A DNA stretch of 64,000 nucleotides from Candidatus Hermodarchaeota archaeon (GCA_016839805.1 JAEOTO010000008.1:6421-70420); one strand, 5' to 3'. Positions 1-10,095 are shown, counted from the first letter of the stretch. Notes: generated from the sequence alone by a model not told the origin. Made by a program: numbers and translations.

Positions 1-43
1 TTTTTCCCATTTTCATTGTTTTTTATCTTATTCTCAAGTGTTG

Positions 44-586
44 TCAGGCACCCTCATCTAGAAATTCTTGGCGTCTTGTACGTCTCCTGATTACAACTAT
101 TACAATTACTACTGCAACTATGACAATAATTCCAATGGGTACCGCAATTAGCAGAAGTGCTCCAAATGGGAAATTACCGAAGGGATTAAATTGGGTCTCA
201 ATGAGATACTGAATGACCACATCTTCGTTTTGATCATTAATGAAGACCACAGCATAATTTCCCTCTGTGAGGACTGTATACCTCCAATGACCTTCTGATG
301 AATCAGCGTCAAAGAGAATATGGTCAGATGGGGGACCGAGTAGGAGGGTGATGAATCCTTCGCATAGATAGGCATCAATGCTTGGACCAGATGTTACTCG
401 ATAAGTGACATCGATTACCATTTCTTCAAAACAGTCTACGATGTTGACAACGCGCGCCGTATCGGGCCCCAAAGTGTCTTGTTCCCATTGGGCATTCACA
501 ATTCCAGTTTTCTGAGACAAGCTAATACCAAAAATGACTAAAAAGAACAGCAATAACAGACTTTTCCAATGTTGGAGTTTTACCAT
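44..586 (-). CDS. membrane-anchored protein: N-terminal signal/TM segment, about 120-aa extracytoplasmic domain, C-terminal TM helix followed by a basic RRRTRRQ tail
   Basis: The ORF track gives a 180-aa ORF. It has a hydrophobic N-terminus (LLLLFFLVIFGISL) and a C-terminal hydrophobic stretch (LLLIAVPIGIIVIVAVVIVIVVI) followed by positively charged residues. I did not recognise a family. Confidence 0.45.
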   Translation of the reverse strand: MVKLQHWKSLLLLFFLVIFGISLSQKTGIVNAQWEQDTLGPDTARVVNIVDCFEEMVIDVTYRVTSGPSIDAYLCEGFITLLLGPPSDHILFDADSSEGHWRYTVLTEGNYAVVFINDQNEDVVIQYLIETQFNPFGNFPFGALLLIAVPIGIIVIVAVVIVIVVIRRRTRRQEFLDEGA

Positions 587-727
587 TACGATTTATCTCC
601 ACTCCATGAGAAACCGTAGTTTCAGATTGTCGTGCTTAGGCTATTAGGCTTATATTGTATATAAATTACATTTACTCTGCATGTCTTTATTTTCACTAAT
701 ACTGATTTGAATTGGATGGTGATTGGA

Positions 728-2023
728 ATGGCATTTGATGTGGTTATTATTGGTGGTGGGATTGCGGGGCTCAGTTGTGGTGCCCTTCTTTCAAAGAAGG
801 GGTACCGAGTTTTGCTTTTAGAAGCGAAGCAGATTCTGGGTGGTCGGGCAAACTCGCAATCACTTCAACCTAGCTATATTGTAGATTGGGGGATTCATTC
901 CCTTAGGGCAGGAGACGCTGGTGTTGCCGCAACTGTGTTTCAGAGGTTAGGTTTGGAGCTTGATATCTTGCCTTCAGGCGAGGGGCAGCTATTCCATGAC
1001 GGAAAGTGGTATTCTTTACCGACTTCGGTTTCAGCATTAATGGCTACACCACTCCTTAGTGATGCAGATCGATCAGTGATTGGTACCTTGTTTACTAGTA
1101 TTATGAGTGCGGATCCTGAGGATCTGTTAACAACCTCGGTTGCCAGTTGGCTTGCTGAGTTTGAAGTGTCGGAAACGATACGGTGGATTTTCCAATTGTA
1201 TGCAGGACTGATTTTAATTGAGCCCGATTTGACTGTCGCATCGATGGGGGAGATGCTCGATATTATGAATACAATTCTTCGGAGTGGCAAAGCTGCTGGG
1301 TACCCGAAGGGAGGTTGGAGAGTTCTGCTTCAAGCCTTAAGGGAACAGATTGAGGTTATGGGTGAGGTTCGATTAGGAAAAACTGTAAACAAAATTCACT
1401 TGCAGGATAGGGCTGCTGAAGCAATACAGATTGGGAATGACAGGATATCGTGTGATACTATTATCGCCGCAGTTCCACCAGATGTACTTTCATCTTTTTT
1501 ACCACGAGCTGATTCAGATTGTAAGAAAATCATTAAACTGGCAAAGCAGCTTATTCCTACAGCGGGTGTGAGCCTCGATTTGGGATTTGCAGAACCGATT
1601 ACCGATGCACCAGGTTTGATTGTCAGTGCGAACCCCTTTATCATGGGACAAGCAACATCAAATATCGACTCCAGCGTTTCCCCCGCCGGAGAGCAGCTTC
1701 TAACATTTTATTATCCACTCCCAGCCAAAGAGATACAGAAGGATCCCTCAGCAGCAATTGCAATGAAGCAACTCGAGGCGTTAGTGTATCAGATGTTTCC
1801 TAAGGCTCCCAAACCAAAGTGGACTCGCCGACTGGTCCTTCCAGTGGTTGATGGAGCAGCACCTAGAATAAACCAAAACCGCAATCAACGACTTCCTATT
1901 CAAACGCCGATTAAAGGTCTTTACTTAGCGGGTGACGCGCATAATGCTCCTGGAGCTGGCAGTGACATCGCCTTCAACGCTGCACTGGCGTGTGCAGATA
2001 AGATCGCTTCAATACTGGAATGA
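728..2023 (+). CDS. FAD/NAD(P)-binding oxidoreductase of the phytoene-desaturase / amine-oxidase type
   Basis: An N-terminal Rossmann dinucleotide motif DVVIIGGGIAGLSCG is followed by LLLEAKQILGGRANS. A C-terminal GDAHNAPGAGSDIAFNAA motif is typical of this family. The ORF as listed starts at 707, but the fold begins at the MAFDVV Met at 728. Confidence 0.7.
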   Translation: MAFDVVIIGGGIAGLSCGALLSKKGYRVLLLEAKQILGGRANSQSLQPSYIVDWGIHSLRAGDAGVAATVFQRLGLELDILPSGEGQLFHDGKWYSLPTSVSALMATPLLSDADRSVIGTLFTSIMSADPEDLLTTSVASWLAEFEVSETIRWIFQLYAGLILIEPDLTVASMGEMLDIMNTILRSGKAAGYPKGGWRVLLQALREQIEVMGEVRLGKTVNKIHLQDRAAEAIQIGNDRISCDTIIAAVPPDVLSSFLPRADSDCKKIIKLAKQLIPTAGVSLDLGFAEPITDAPGLIVSANPFIMGQATSNIDSSVSPAGEQLLTFYYPLPAKEIQKDPSAAIAMKQLEALVYQMFPKAPKPKWTRRLVLPVVDGAAPRINQNRNQRLPIQTPIKGLYLAGDAHNAPGAGSDIAFNAALACADKIASILE

Positions 2024-2073
2024 ATAAGCTTTCAAGGAAGCTTTGATACTCAGATGATTGTAGGATATGAATT

Positions 2074-2742
2074 CTAGCTAACTTTCAATTCGGGGAAGTC
2101 AGGATTTTCTTCGATTTGCTGTATGAATTTGTCAAGCCATTGAATTTCTGCTTGTATTAAGTTGTAAGGTCGATCGAAAAGAGCATGAATGACTCCAATA
2201 TTTTTTATCGGGATGTTGGAGATTGGGGTTTTTCCGATAAGCCGTGTGGGTTCAGATTCACGGATCTCGGTAATGTGTTCGAGAGTTTCTACAATATTTT
2301 GGAGATATTTACACCGTTGATTTAGGTAGTTTCGGTGTGTGGAGAGGGCTTTGAGAAGTTGGTCTCGTTCTAACACGGTCAAAGCTGAGACACCAAGCTC
2401 AAAAAGGGATCTAGATTGTGATGGTTGACTTAGAATGTTGAAGATTTGGGTAGAATATACTTTCTGACCAAGCGGTGTAATGGTGTAGACACGCTGAGCA
2501 CTCTGCGAGGCTCGTTTTTTAATTTCGCTTGATATGAGGCCACGTTTTTCTAGTTGGTGAAGGCTTCGGTATATGGCTGAGTCCTTGATATCGAGCCATT
2601 CGCGATAATTACGTTTTTTCAAGAGCTGAATAATCTGATACCCATATTTGGGTCCATTTGCGATGAAATATAGGGTGATTAAGTACGAGGGAGTAAGAGG
2701 TTTTTCAGATTCATTTTCAGTGTTCAATTCTGAGGATTTCAT
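2074..2742 (-). CDS. PadR-family winged-helix transcriptional regulator
   Basis: GPKYGYQI...YRSLHQLEKRGLI...RVYTITPLG matches the PadR HTH plus wing pattern. The listed ORF extends to 2814 and overlaps the upstream gene's stop. The internal Met (MKSSELN) at 2742 gives a clean 28-nt gap instead. Confidence 0.65.
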   Translation of the reverse strand: MKSSELNTENESEKPLTPSYLITLYFIANGPKYGYQIIQLLKKRNYREWLDIKDSAIYRSLHQLEKRGLISSEIKKRASQSAQRVYTITPLGQKVYSTQIFNILSQPSQSRSLFELGVSALTVLERDQLLKALSTHRNYLNQRCKYLQNIVETLEHITEIRESEPTRLIGKTPISNIPIKNIGVIHALFDRPYNLIQAEIQWLDKFIQQIEENPDFPELKVS

Positions 2743-2770
2743 ATGTATCCCCTTGCAGGTGTTTTTGTGG

Positions 2771-5700
2771 TTATTTTGCGAGGTTAACGAAGTCCTCGGA
2801 AAGAACCCGATCAAGCGTGGTTACCAGATGGTTGGCGTTTTCTTTGGTAAATACCAATGGGGGTTTTATTTTGAGCACATTATGGAGTGGTCCATCGATA
2901 CTGATGAGGATGCCGAGATTCTTCATGCGTTCAATGATGTACTTTGCCTCTTCTTTAGCGGGTGTCAATGTCTTGTGATTCTGAACAAGTTCTACACCAA
3001 TAAAGAGTCCGAGGCCACGGACATCGCCAATTATAGGATGCTTGTCTTTGAGCTGAGTTAATTGCTGCTTGAGGTAATTGCCTACCTCTAAAGCGTGTTT
3101 TTGAAGCTCTTCTTCTTTGATAACGTCTAAAACTGCCATACCGACTGCACAGGACACGGGATTGCCCCCTGTTGTGCTGAAGAATTCCATACCTGTATTG
3201 AAGGAGTTCGCAATCTCTGGGGTTGTGATGACAGCGGCTAAGGGATGACCATTTCCTATTGGTTTACCTAAGGTTATGATGTCGGGAACCACGTTTTGGG
3301 TTTGGAACCCCCACCAGTTTGTGCCGACGCGTCCAAAACCCACCTGGACCTCGTCCACAATACAGATTCCGCCAGCTTGGCGGACATAGCGGAATGTTTC
3401 ACGAAGATAATTTTTGGGAAGGACAATTTGTCCGCCACAACTCATTAAGGGTTCACAAATGAAGGCTGCAATTCCGCGTCCACCCTTGTTGATTTGGTCG
3501 ATTACACCAGATATTTCTCGGGCATACTTTTCGCCAGCTTTAGGATCGGAGGCACGATATTTCCCACGATATACATCTGGCATTGTAATTTTGTGGACAT
3601 GGGGTGGAGTACCCTTGCCTCCTGGTCCATCGGATTTGTAGGGACTGATATCAACGAGGTTACTAGTATTGCCATGATAGGCGCCATCAATGACGATTAG
3701 GTCACGTTGTTTAGTGTGAGTGAAGGCTAGTCGGAGGGCAAGTTCATTAGCTTCACTACCACTGTTGACAAAGAAACAAACCTGGAGCGGTTCGGGTAAG
3801 GTTGCACAGAGTTGTTGGGCATATTTGATGAGATTCTTGTGGAGATAACGGGTATTTGTGTTTAGAACAGCTGCTTGCTCTCGCAACTTCTTGACAACAT
3901 GAGGGTGGCAATGACCTACATGAGGAACGTTATTCACAGCGTCAAGATAGGCTTTGCCTGTATCATCAAAAAGGTATTGCATTAGTCCACGTACAATGTG
4001 CAGGGGTTTTTGGTAAGCAACACTCAAAGTGTTACTGATATGATGATCTCTAATACGAAGGATGTCGGTGGTTTTCAGAGGCTCTGAAGGAAACGCTTCG
4101 GAGGGAATCCCTAAAATGAGATTGGGGTTGGGACAGAGGTTCAGCCAGACCTCTCTCTGACTCGATTTGGCCATATTCGGGAAAACGCCCGTGTGATCCA
4201 GTAAATCTAAAATGATTTGAAAATGTAGATGCGATAATTTCTTACCATCAATTTTGAACTCGCCTAGGGTACCAATCTTATCGCCTTTTTTCACCAGGCT
4301 TCCGAGTTCAAGTTCTCGAATCGAGTCCTTATTCATATTTCCATACATGGTGAAAAACTTGAGTTTCGTTTTTGTTTGATGCTCAAGGATAATGGTTGGC
4401 CCAGGAGTGTGGTTTGTAGCGTGTGTTTGGAGACTATGAATCCGCCCAGCCATTGGAGCGAGTATGTGTGTGCCTGGCTCCAGAAATATATCCATTCCGA
4501 GATGAATGTTGCGTTCTTCTTTTCCAGGAGTAATAGTGGCAAGGGATTGCCTAGTGAGGTAAATCCATCGGACTTCATCGTATCTGCCAATTCCTGCACA
4601 ACTATTTTCAGTCTTTAATTTGTGGACTACGATATCAGCAATGTTTGATGTATTATCGGCGTAAAGTAGGCTACTGAATGTGGAACTGCCGACACTGAGA
4701 TCAAGAACGGTTAAAGGAGCTGTTCGTAGGTTTAGGTCAACTATGAACCCAATTTGCTTGCGATTGGCTTGTAACCATTTGACTATCTCCTTGTTTTGCG
4801 GTAAAGGAGCCAAATTACATGCGTGTCTAAAAGTATAGGTTGCGAATTGGGGGTGAACCTCTTTAAGCCGGAAGAGAAGTGTCCAGGCAGATTGCTCTGA
4901 AATGCGCAGATATTCATTTTCTGGTTCAAGTTTTTGTTGATAAGCACAGATTGAGACACTCATTGTGAGCCGCGTACAAATCAGATAAAATAGCAATTCG
5001 ATTTCCTGTTCAGTGAGTGGGAAAACGGAGTGAAACCCGCTGATAACTCGGGCTGCAGCTGTGATTGGATCAGGTTTATCCATTATGGCATAAGCTGTTG
5101 CGACAGCTAGTTCAAACACTGTATGACTTGCTACCATGTCTCCAAAATCAATAATCCCAAATCTGCGTTCTTGTGGATTATGGGCTTTGTCGATGATAAT
5201 GTTGTAATCATTACCATCGTTATGAATCACGCTTGTTCGTAACAGAGATAATATTGGTTGCACATGAGCCTCAAAGAGTTGTTGGAAGTGTTCTACGAGG
5301 CTTCGTTTATCTGGATCCGTGATAAGTTCTTTGTGTTGTTTAATTACTGAAGTTGCATTCTTTAGGTCCCAATAGAGGTCTCTTTGTGTTGCTGGATGAG
5401 AGAAGCCCGTTAAATCGTGACTCATTTGACCAATGAATTTTCCCAAATCAAAGAGCAAATCGAGCGTATGTGGAGTGACTTTAGCAAAAACCTTACCAGG
5501 CAAATAGGAGAGTACGCGAATGAAATGCGGTCTTCCCTTCGTATCTGAGACTGTGACTATTGATTCTCCCGTTCGAGCTTTGTGAACTTGAGGATAATTT
5601 ACCGTACTTCCTTGTTTCCTTAGATGCTTCATTGTCGCATTCTGAAAGTCAAGGATTTCACGCTGTTCAGAAGTTGCAGCAATTTTAAGAACGTACTCTT

Positions 5701-5845
5701 CGCCTGATTTCGTTTTAATGTAAAAGTTGCGATCTCGCTCACTTGGTAGTTCCTGAACAACGCCTTGAATGTTAAATAACTCGTCTGCGAATCGAACTGC
5801 ATCTTGATCAGTGAAATCGGGACGATCCTGGTCCTTTGTTGACAT
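2771..5845 (-). CDS. tripartite fusion protein: N-terminal aminoglycoside-phosphotransferase-like kinase, central M23-peptidase-like domain, C-terminal class-III (PLP) aminotransferase-fold domain
   Basis: The kinase region has a Brenner motif [12 protein letters not shown] and a DFG motif GIIDFGDM. The middle region has an M23-like HLHFQI (HxH) motif. The C-terminus has class-III aminotransferase hallmarks GHCHPHVV and [11 protein letters not shown]. Overall this resembles fused hydroxylysine-kinase / phospho-lyase-type enzymes. Confidence 0.85.
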   Translation of the reverse strand: MSTKDQDRPDFTDQDAVRFADELFNIQGVVQELPSERDRNFYIKTKSGEEYVLKIAATSEQREILDFQNATMKHLRKQGSTVNYPQVHKARTGESIVTVSDTKGRPHFIRVLSYLPGKVFAKVTPHTLDLLFDLGKFIGQMSHDLTGFSHPATQRDLYWDLKNATSVIKQHKELITDPDKRSLVEHFQQLFEAHVQPILSLLRTSVIHNDGNDYNIIIDKAHNPQERRFGIIDFGDMVASHTVFELAVATAYAIMDKPDPITAAARVISGFHSVFPLTEQEIELLFYLICTRLTMSVSICAYQQKLEPENEYLRISEQSAWTLLFRLKEVHPQFATYTFRHACNLAPLPQNKEIVKWLQANRKQIGFIVDLNLRTAPLTVLDLSVGSSTFSSLLYADNTSNIADIVVHKLKTENSCAGIGRYDEVRWIYLTRQSLATITPGKEERNIHLGMDIFLEPGTHILAPMAGRIHSLQTHATNHTPGPTIILEHQTKTKLKFFTMYGNMNKDSIRELELGSLVKKGDKIGTLGEFKIDGKKLSHLHFQIILDLLDHTGVFPNMAKSSQREVWLNLCPNPNLILGIPSEAFPSEPLKTTDILRIRDHHISNTLSVAYQKPLHIVRGLMQYLFDDTGKAYLDAVNNVPHVGHCHPHVVKKLREQAAVLNTNTRYLHKNLIKYAQQLCATLPEPLQVCFFVNSGSEANELALRLAFTHTKQRDLIVIDGAYHGNTSNLVDISPYKSDGPGGKGTPPHVHKITMPDVYRGKYRASDPKAGEKYAREISGVIDQINKGGRGIAAFICEPLMSCGGQIVLPKNYLRETFRYVRQAGGICIVDEVQVGFGRVGTNWWGFQTQNVVPDIITLGKPIGNGHPLAAVITTPEIANSFNTGMEFFSTTGGNPVSCAVGMAVLDVIKEEELQKHALEVGNYLKQQLTQLKDKHPIIGDVRGLGLFIGVELVQNHKTLTPAKEEAKYIIERMKNLGILISIDGPLHNVLKIKPPLVFTKENANHLVTTLDRVLSEDFVNLAK

Positions 5846-5946
5846 CTATTAGCACCTCACGCTGAATTAACTATTCAAATGGATGATGAAAGGAGCTTTA
5901 GGTTAATATGTGCTGTCAATTCTATATGAGAATAGTTTTGGAACCT

Positions 5947-6762
5947 TTATTGTCGGATGCCGCAACCCTTCTTTTTGAGCATATTAAGCCAGGTTTGGAT
6001 TTTTTTTGGAAGAGTTTGTAATCGATTTTTCTCTAGTCTAAGAATCGTTAGTGATGTTAACCGAGTTATGCTTACTGGAAGACTCGTTAGTTGATTTGTA
6101 TGCAGAGAGAGTAGTTCGAGTTGTCGTAAATCGCCTAGACTATCAGGAAGAGACTGGAGTTGATTATTATGAAGCACAAGGCGTTTCAATTTGGTTAAAT
6201 TACCTATTGTATGAGGAACGGAGGTGAGTTGGTTGATAGAGGCAATAAAGTCCCAAAGATTGCTGAGTTTACCGATTGTGTCAGGTATGGTTTTCAATTC
6301 GACGTTGAGAAGCCCTAGCCGTTCTAATGAATTGAGGTCGCCGATACTTGGGGGAAGGGCATGGAGATAGTTGCGTGACAGGTCGAAGCGGTGAAGTTTG
6401 TGAAGATTACCGATACTGGAGGGGAGCGTTTTGATTTGATTATTGAAGACATCAAGGTTTTCGAGATTCACTAGATTACCGATGCTTTCGGGGAGGGTGG
6501 TCAGCTGATTGTCGCGGAGATAAAGTCGTTTTAGGTTTCGAAGATGGTCAATTGAGTCTGGGAGTGATTTGAGACCCTTTTCGCGAATGCTTAAGCCAGT
6601 TACCTGATGCTTGGAGTGAACGAAGCCAGTTCGGTAAAATCCGATACCTGTACTGGGTATTGGTTCTCCAATGATCTCTTCAAGTTTGTGGAGAAATGCA
6701 GCCTCTGCTTGTTGCAGAGTTATGCCATGATAGTCGGAGATAGTGTTATTTTTTGGTGTCAT
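5947..6762 (-). CDS. leucine-rich repeat (LRR) protein
   Basis: At least nine tandem 23-residue repeats of the form LxxLPxSIGNLxxLxxLxLxxNxL are present. The C-terminus ends in a polybasic-Cys tail, LKKKGCGIRQ. The gene overlaps the upstream gene by 4 nt. Confidence 0.8.
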   Translation of the reverse strand: MTPKNNTISDYHGITLQQAEAAFLHKLEEIIGEPIPSTGIGFYRTGFVHSKHQVTGLSIREKGLKSLPDSIDHLRNLKRLYLRDNQLTTLPESIGNLVNLENLDVFNNQIKTLPSSIGNLHKLHRFDLSRNYLHALPPSIGDLNSLERLGLLNVELKTIPDTIGKLSNLWDFIASINQLTSVPHTIGNLTKLKRLVLHNNQLQSLPDSLGDLRQLELLSLHTNQLTSLPVSITRLTSLTILRLEKNRLQTLPKKIQTWLNMLKKKGCGIRQ

Positions 6763-7412
6763 TTTGAATTCTCAATTCCCTGATCTGAATCAGAGATTTT
6801 CACTTGTCGGAGACTAGGAAGGAAGCGACCGGTTCGTTGGATATAGTCGCGGTATTCGTCACCAAATTGGTCCAGCATCATTTCCTCTTCTTTTATGGAG
6901 ATGGGATAGAACATTAGAATAACAATGATGGCAAATACGGTGACGAAGAGATTAGAAGCTATAAGGAGAGCTGAGAGAGTGAAAAGGATGAAGACCGTAT
7001 ACATCGGATGGCGAATCCGTGAATAAGGCCCACTGGTCATGAGGGTATGGTCCTCCTTGATTTCCAAGTCGGCAGCCCAGAATCGACCAAGCGTTCGATG
7101 AATCCACACAAGAAAGGGAACTGTACAGAAGCCAAGAATGACACCAATCCATCTTACAAGTGAGGGCAGAGGTATGGGAAACCAGAGAATCCACAGTGGC
7201 ATTAGGAGATAGACAATGATTGAAATTATCATGCCAAGAATCCCAATGGAAAGAACGAGTAGCATCCACCCAAGCTTCTGTTTTTTCTTTATCTGAGGTG
7301 CATCTCCGGTGTCTGTGGGTTTTGTACTTTTACGACGATAATAAATCCGGACACCAGCAAATATAGTCCATATCGCCACGAAAAGAATTCGAAAGAGCAG
7401 TTCCTCAACCAT
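6759..7412 (-). CDS. isoprenylcysteine carboxyl methyltransferase (ICMT)/phospholipid-methyltransferase-family membrane methyltransferase
   Basis: A multi-TM protein carrying the conserved RHPMYxxxxL segment (GPYSRIRHPMYTVFILFTL) typical of the ICMT / PEMT-like family. Its stop overlaps the start of the LRR gene. Confidence 0.65.
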   Translation of the reverse strand: MVEELLFRILFVAIWTIFAGVRIYYRRKSTKPTDTGDAPQIKKKQKLGWMLLVLSIGILGMIISIIVYLLMPLWILWFPIPLPSLVRWIGVILGFCTVPFLVWIHRTLGRFWAADLEIKEDHTLMTSGPYSRIRHPMYTVFILFTLSALLIASNLFVTVFAIIVILMFYPISIKEEEMMLDQFGDEYRDYIQRTGRFLPSLRQVKISDSDQGIENSK

Positions 7413-7562
7413 TTACATACACCCCTATCCGCAATCAGCTTTATTTCAAGAATCTCAGTAATTACATACAATTATCTCTTTTTGTAGCCAATAACTTATC
7501 ACTAGTGGAGGATGTGACCGGTGGTGCTAAGTAATTTAGGAGATTATCACATTTGGACGGGA

Positions 7563-7996
7563 ATGCAAATTCGCCTGCTTATTGAGCAATTAACAAGGAA
7601 GAATTTACACGCAACCTTGGCAATTTTAGTGCAAAATCCATTACTGAACATATTGTTCTTGCCCCGGAAACCTGCTTCTTGATTGCGACCAAATCTACTG
7701 ATGAACGCGTGATTATAAAGACTTTGAAAGCCTCGAAGAATCAACTTCTTGCTCGGTGGAAAGAACTCGATTGACAACTAGCCCAAACGATTCGACAAAA
7801 TCTCAAGGGTCAAATCACGGTTCCCCACATTACTGAAGAACCCTTCGATGTTAATGCTGTTGATTTCTATCTCCAGTACATATTCCATACTACGCATCAT
7901 CATGGACAACTTGCTATAACTCTCCGGAAACTCGGTAAAGATGTTCCTGGTACCGATTATCTCATGTACCTGGCTCAAAAAGACAAACAAACTTAA
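7563..7996 (+). pseudogene. degraded DinB/YfiT-like (DinB_2) damage-inducible protein gene, broken by one frameshift (near 7680) and one in-frame TGA (7772-7774)
   Basis: My manual translation gives MQIRLLIEQLTRKNLHATLAILVQNPLLN..(stop 7680-82). In the +2 frame it continues LIATKSTDERVIIKTLKASKNQLLARWKELD-TGA-QLAQTIRQ...YIFHTTHHHGQLAITLRKLG...(stop 7994-96). The HHxGQL motif is a DinB_2 hallmark. The combined length of about 145 aa fits the family. Confidence 0.4.
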
Positions 7997-8092
7997 TGTC
8001 AATAGCTATCCTAATCTTCTAGAACAATGAATAAGTCTAATCAACTTCTTCAGATTCAAATGCTAAAATAAGAGAATATTTGGTGATTATTT

Positions 8093-8500
8093 ATGAAAAC
8101 GAAGACCGCACTTCTGAAGCAAGATTTCGATTTGATTAAGGCTGCCCGAGAAACTGCAGATCGTTTGTATGTCAAAGATAAACATGAGGTAGCGGCGGCC
8201 TTGAGAACCATGGATGGCCGTGTCTTTACGGGAATTCATATAGAGGCGAGTGTAGGGTTTGCTGATGTTTGTGGTGAAGTCGCCGCAATATGCACAGCTG
8301 TTTCGCATGGTTGTCGTGATTTCCAGACGATAGTGGCAATTTGGCGGGATCAAGAGGGAAGGCATCATCTCTGTAGTCCGTGTGGACGCTGTCGGGAGGT
8401 AATTCGTGATTTCAATGAGGATGCCTGGGTAATTGTAGGGTCCCTTGAAGAGCCCTATAAGGTGAAAGTGTCCGAATTGCTACCTTTAAAAAACGATTAG
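8093..8500 (+). CDS. cytidine/deoxycytidylate deaminase-family (CDA fold) protein
   Basis: Zinc-ligand motifs VCGEVAA (the H/C-A-E position) and SPCGRCREVI (PCxxC) are present. A GGTGAT Shine-Dalgarno-like element sits 6 nt upstream of the ATG. Confidence 0.6.
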   Translation: MKTKTALLKQDFDLIKAARETADRLYVKDKHEVAAALRTMDGRVFTGIHIEASVGFADVCGEVAAICTAVSHGCRDFQTIVAIWRDQEGRHHLCSPCGRCREVIRDFNEDAWVIVGSLEEPYKVKVSELLPLKND

Positions 8501-8505
8501 GAAGG

Positions 8506-9582
8506 TCAGGTTCCATAAAGCCGTTGAGCGTTTCGCCAATACAAATCGCTTAGAACCTTTTTTGGTAGGTTAAGCCCATTGATGAAAGTTCCGCCAAGAT
8601 CCTCTGTATCTGGATCGGGAAAGGGCAAGGGAGTGTTGCGTTCATTCGTTTCCCAAAGGATACGTTGAGCCACAAAACGTGCCATATATGGAGAAAGTGG
8701 TGACTGATTGTCCGTAGTGGGAGAAGTATTCAATGTGGCGTCCGTACCGAAAAGAACACGTTTAGAAAATCGAATGAGAAATTTACGGGCGACATCTGGA
8801 TCCTTGCTGAGTTCCCGAGCCATCCAGCGTGATGACGCTGTATCCACGACAATGTTATCGTATTTCTCAAACCATTCGGCGAGATGGGGAAGCCGGTGGA
8901 TTTCGGGTTGAGCGGCAAAATGGGCTAATTGGAATTGAAGGTCCGGATGATTCTGGATTAGTATTTCCAAATCGCTTAGATGTTCGTCTTTGGTGCCGTA
9001 AATTTTTGAGTTTGCATAGGTAGTTGCGTAATAGGTATCAGGATCTGCCATATGAAGGAGTAGCGGAAAGCCTTCAGATGCTAATTTCTCGAAAATCGGT
9101 GTGTATCGTTGGTCTGTTAGTTGAAAGATTCCTTCATAATTCTTCAAGTAATTCCGCCAGCCTGGTGCTACCCACATTTTTGCTAGCGTGAAACCGTTTT
9201 CCCGCATCGTATCGATTTCAAACAAGATGCGTTCAACTCGTGAACCGATGATATCTTGGGTTGATAGATATTTAGCAAAAATAAATTTCCCTGGAAATTG
9301 AGCTTCAACGATGGCTCGGACCTCGAAGTGATGAGCAATCACCAGCTGAGATTCTATGCCCAATTGTATTTGTTCATTAATAGTCTGAGCTAGATGTGTA
9401 GTGTTCCAAACATGGGTATGTGCATCGAAAATTGGACTCGTGTATTTCCAGGTATGAGCTTTCAATGGATAATTCGCCATGGAACTGTTCGAATCGGATG
9501 GAAAAGTATGTCGGATTGTACTAATTCTACACTTTAAGAGTAATACCTCTAGAATCCAGTCAAATGTTCCATCAAAAAACAC
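8506..9582 (-). CDS. amidohydrolase-family (TIM-barrel metal-dependent hydrolase) protein
   Basis: An N-terminal HTHVWN metal-binding motif and later His/Asp positions (HMADPD, FGTDA) are typical of amidohydrolase_2. Confidence 0.65.
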   Translation of the reverse strand: MFFDGTFDWILEVLLLKCRISTIRHTFPSDSNSSMANYPLKAHTWKYTSPIFDAHTHVWNTTHLAQTINEQIQLGIESQLVIAHHFEVRAIVEAQFPGKFIFAKYLSTQDIIGSRVERILFEIDTMRENGFTLAKMWVAPGWRNYLKNYEGIFQLTDQRYTPIFEKLASEGFPLLLHMADPDTYYATTYANSKIYGTKDEHLSDLEILIQNHPDLQFQLAHFAAQPEIHRLPHLAEWFEKYDNIVVDTASSRWMARELSKDPDVARKFLIRFSKRVLFGTDATLNTSPTTDNQSPLSPYMARFVAQRILWETNERNTPLPFPDPDTEDLGGTFINGLNLPKKVLSDLYWRNAQRLYGT

Positions 9583-9590
9583 TGATGCGT

Positions 9591-9962
9591 TTAGTCACCC
9601 CGTGGATTAAGAACCGTAGGCTCGAACATCAAAACATAGGAGGGTTCTATGCTCTTTGGGGAATGTTCAATCCCTCTGGGGATGACCGTCATTTTTCCCT
9701 CGGTTAAAGTGATATCGGGTTGATCTTTGACTCGAATAGTAATTTGTCCTTTCAGAACGAAGAAAAGCTCATCAGCGTTAGTATGTTTATGCATTGGAAA
9801 CTCGCCATCAAACAAGGCAAGTCGAATCACTTGATCGTTAACCTGAAGAATTTCGATCGGCGACCAGGGCTTCTTGAGCGTGCGAATTTGTTCCCAGACA
9901 TCGATGATTGGGACCATGAGGGCATCTCCATGAGTTAAGTAAATGTTTCTTTGTGTTCGCAT
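9591..9962 (-). CDS. cupin-domain protein
   Basis: A 123-aa protein with the cupin motifs HKHTNADELFFVLKG and IPRGIEHSP. Confidence 0.55.
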   Translation of the reverse strand: MRTQRNIYLTHGDALMVPIIDVWEQIRTLKKPWSPIEILQVNDQVIRLALFDGEFPMHKHTNADELFFVLKGQITIRVKDQPDITLTEGKMTVIPRGIEHSPKSIEPSYVLMFEPTVLNPRGD

Positions 9963-10095
9963 CTTATACTCCTTTCTGTGTTCATTATTTTTTTCAGTTG
10001 ACTAGTACATGAAACTAAAAAAGGACAAGCAGGACACTGAGCTATTCCACCCAGACATCCTGCTCGCTTTAGTGAATTGTCTATTAACGCCGATA

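Noticed and set aside
148-378. 76-aa minus-strand ORF nested inside the 44..586 gene
   Set aside because: It lies entirely within a longer ORF on the same strand in another frame and has no motif. Treated as a frame artefact.
940-1644. Antisense ORFs (940..1290, 1396..1644) inside the FAD-oxidoreductase gene
   Set aside because: They are antisense to a well-supported gene and have no recognisable domains.
3414-4618. Several 60-90-aa ORFs on both strands inside the 1024-aa fusion gene
   Set aside because: They are nested in or antisense to a gene with three strong domain signatures.
5947-5961. C-terminal CGIRQ of the LRR protein as a canonical CaaX box
   Set aside because: The Cys is at -5, not -4, so it is not a canonical CaaX. 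It is kept only as a speculative CaaaX-like tail in the findings.
7772-7774. In-frame TGA inside the DinB-like reading frame as a possible selenocysteine codon
   Set aside because: DinB_2 proteins are not selenoproteins. An additional frameshift 90 nt upstream, and no obvious SECIS-like hairpin, point to a pseudogene.
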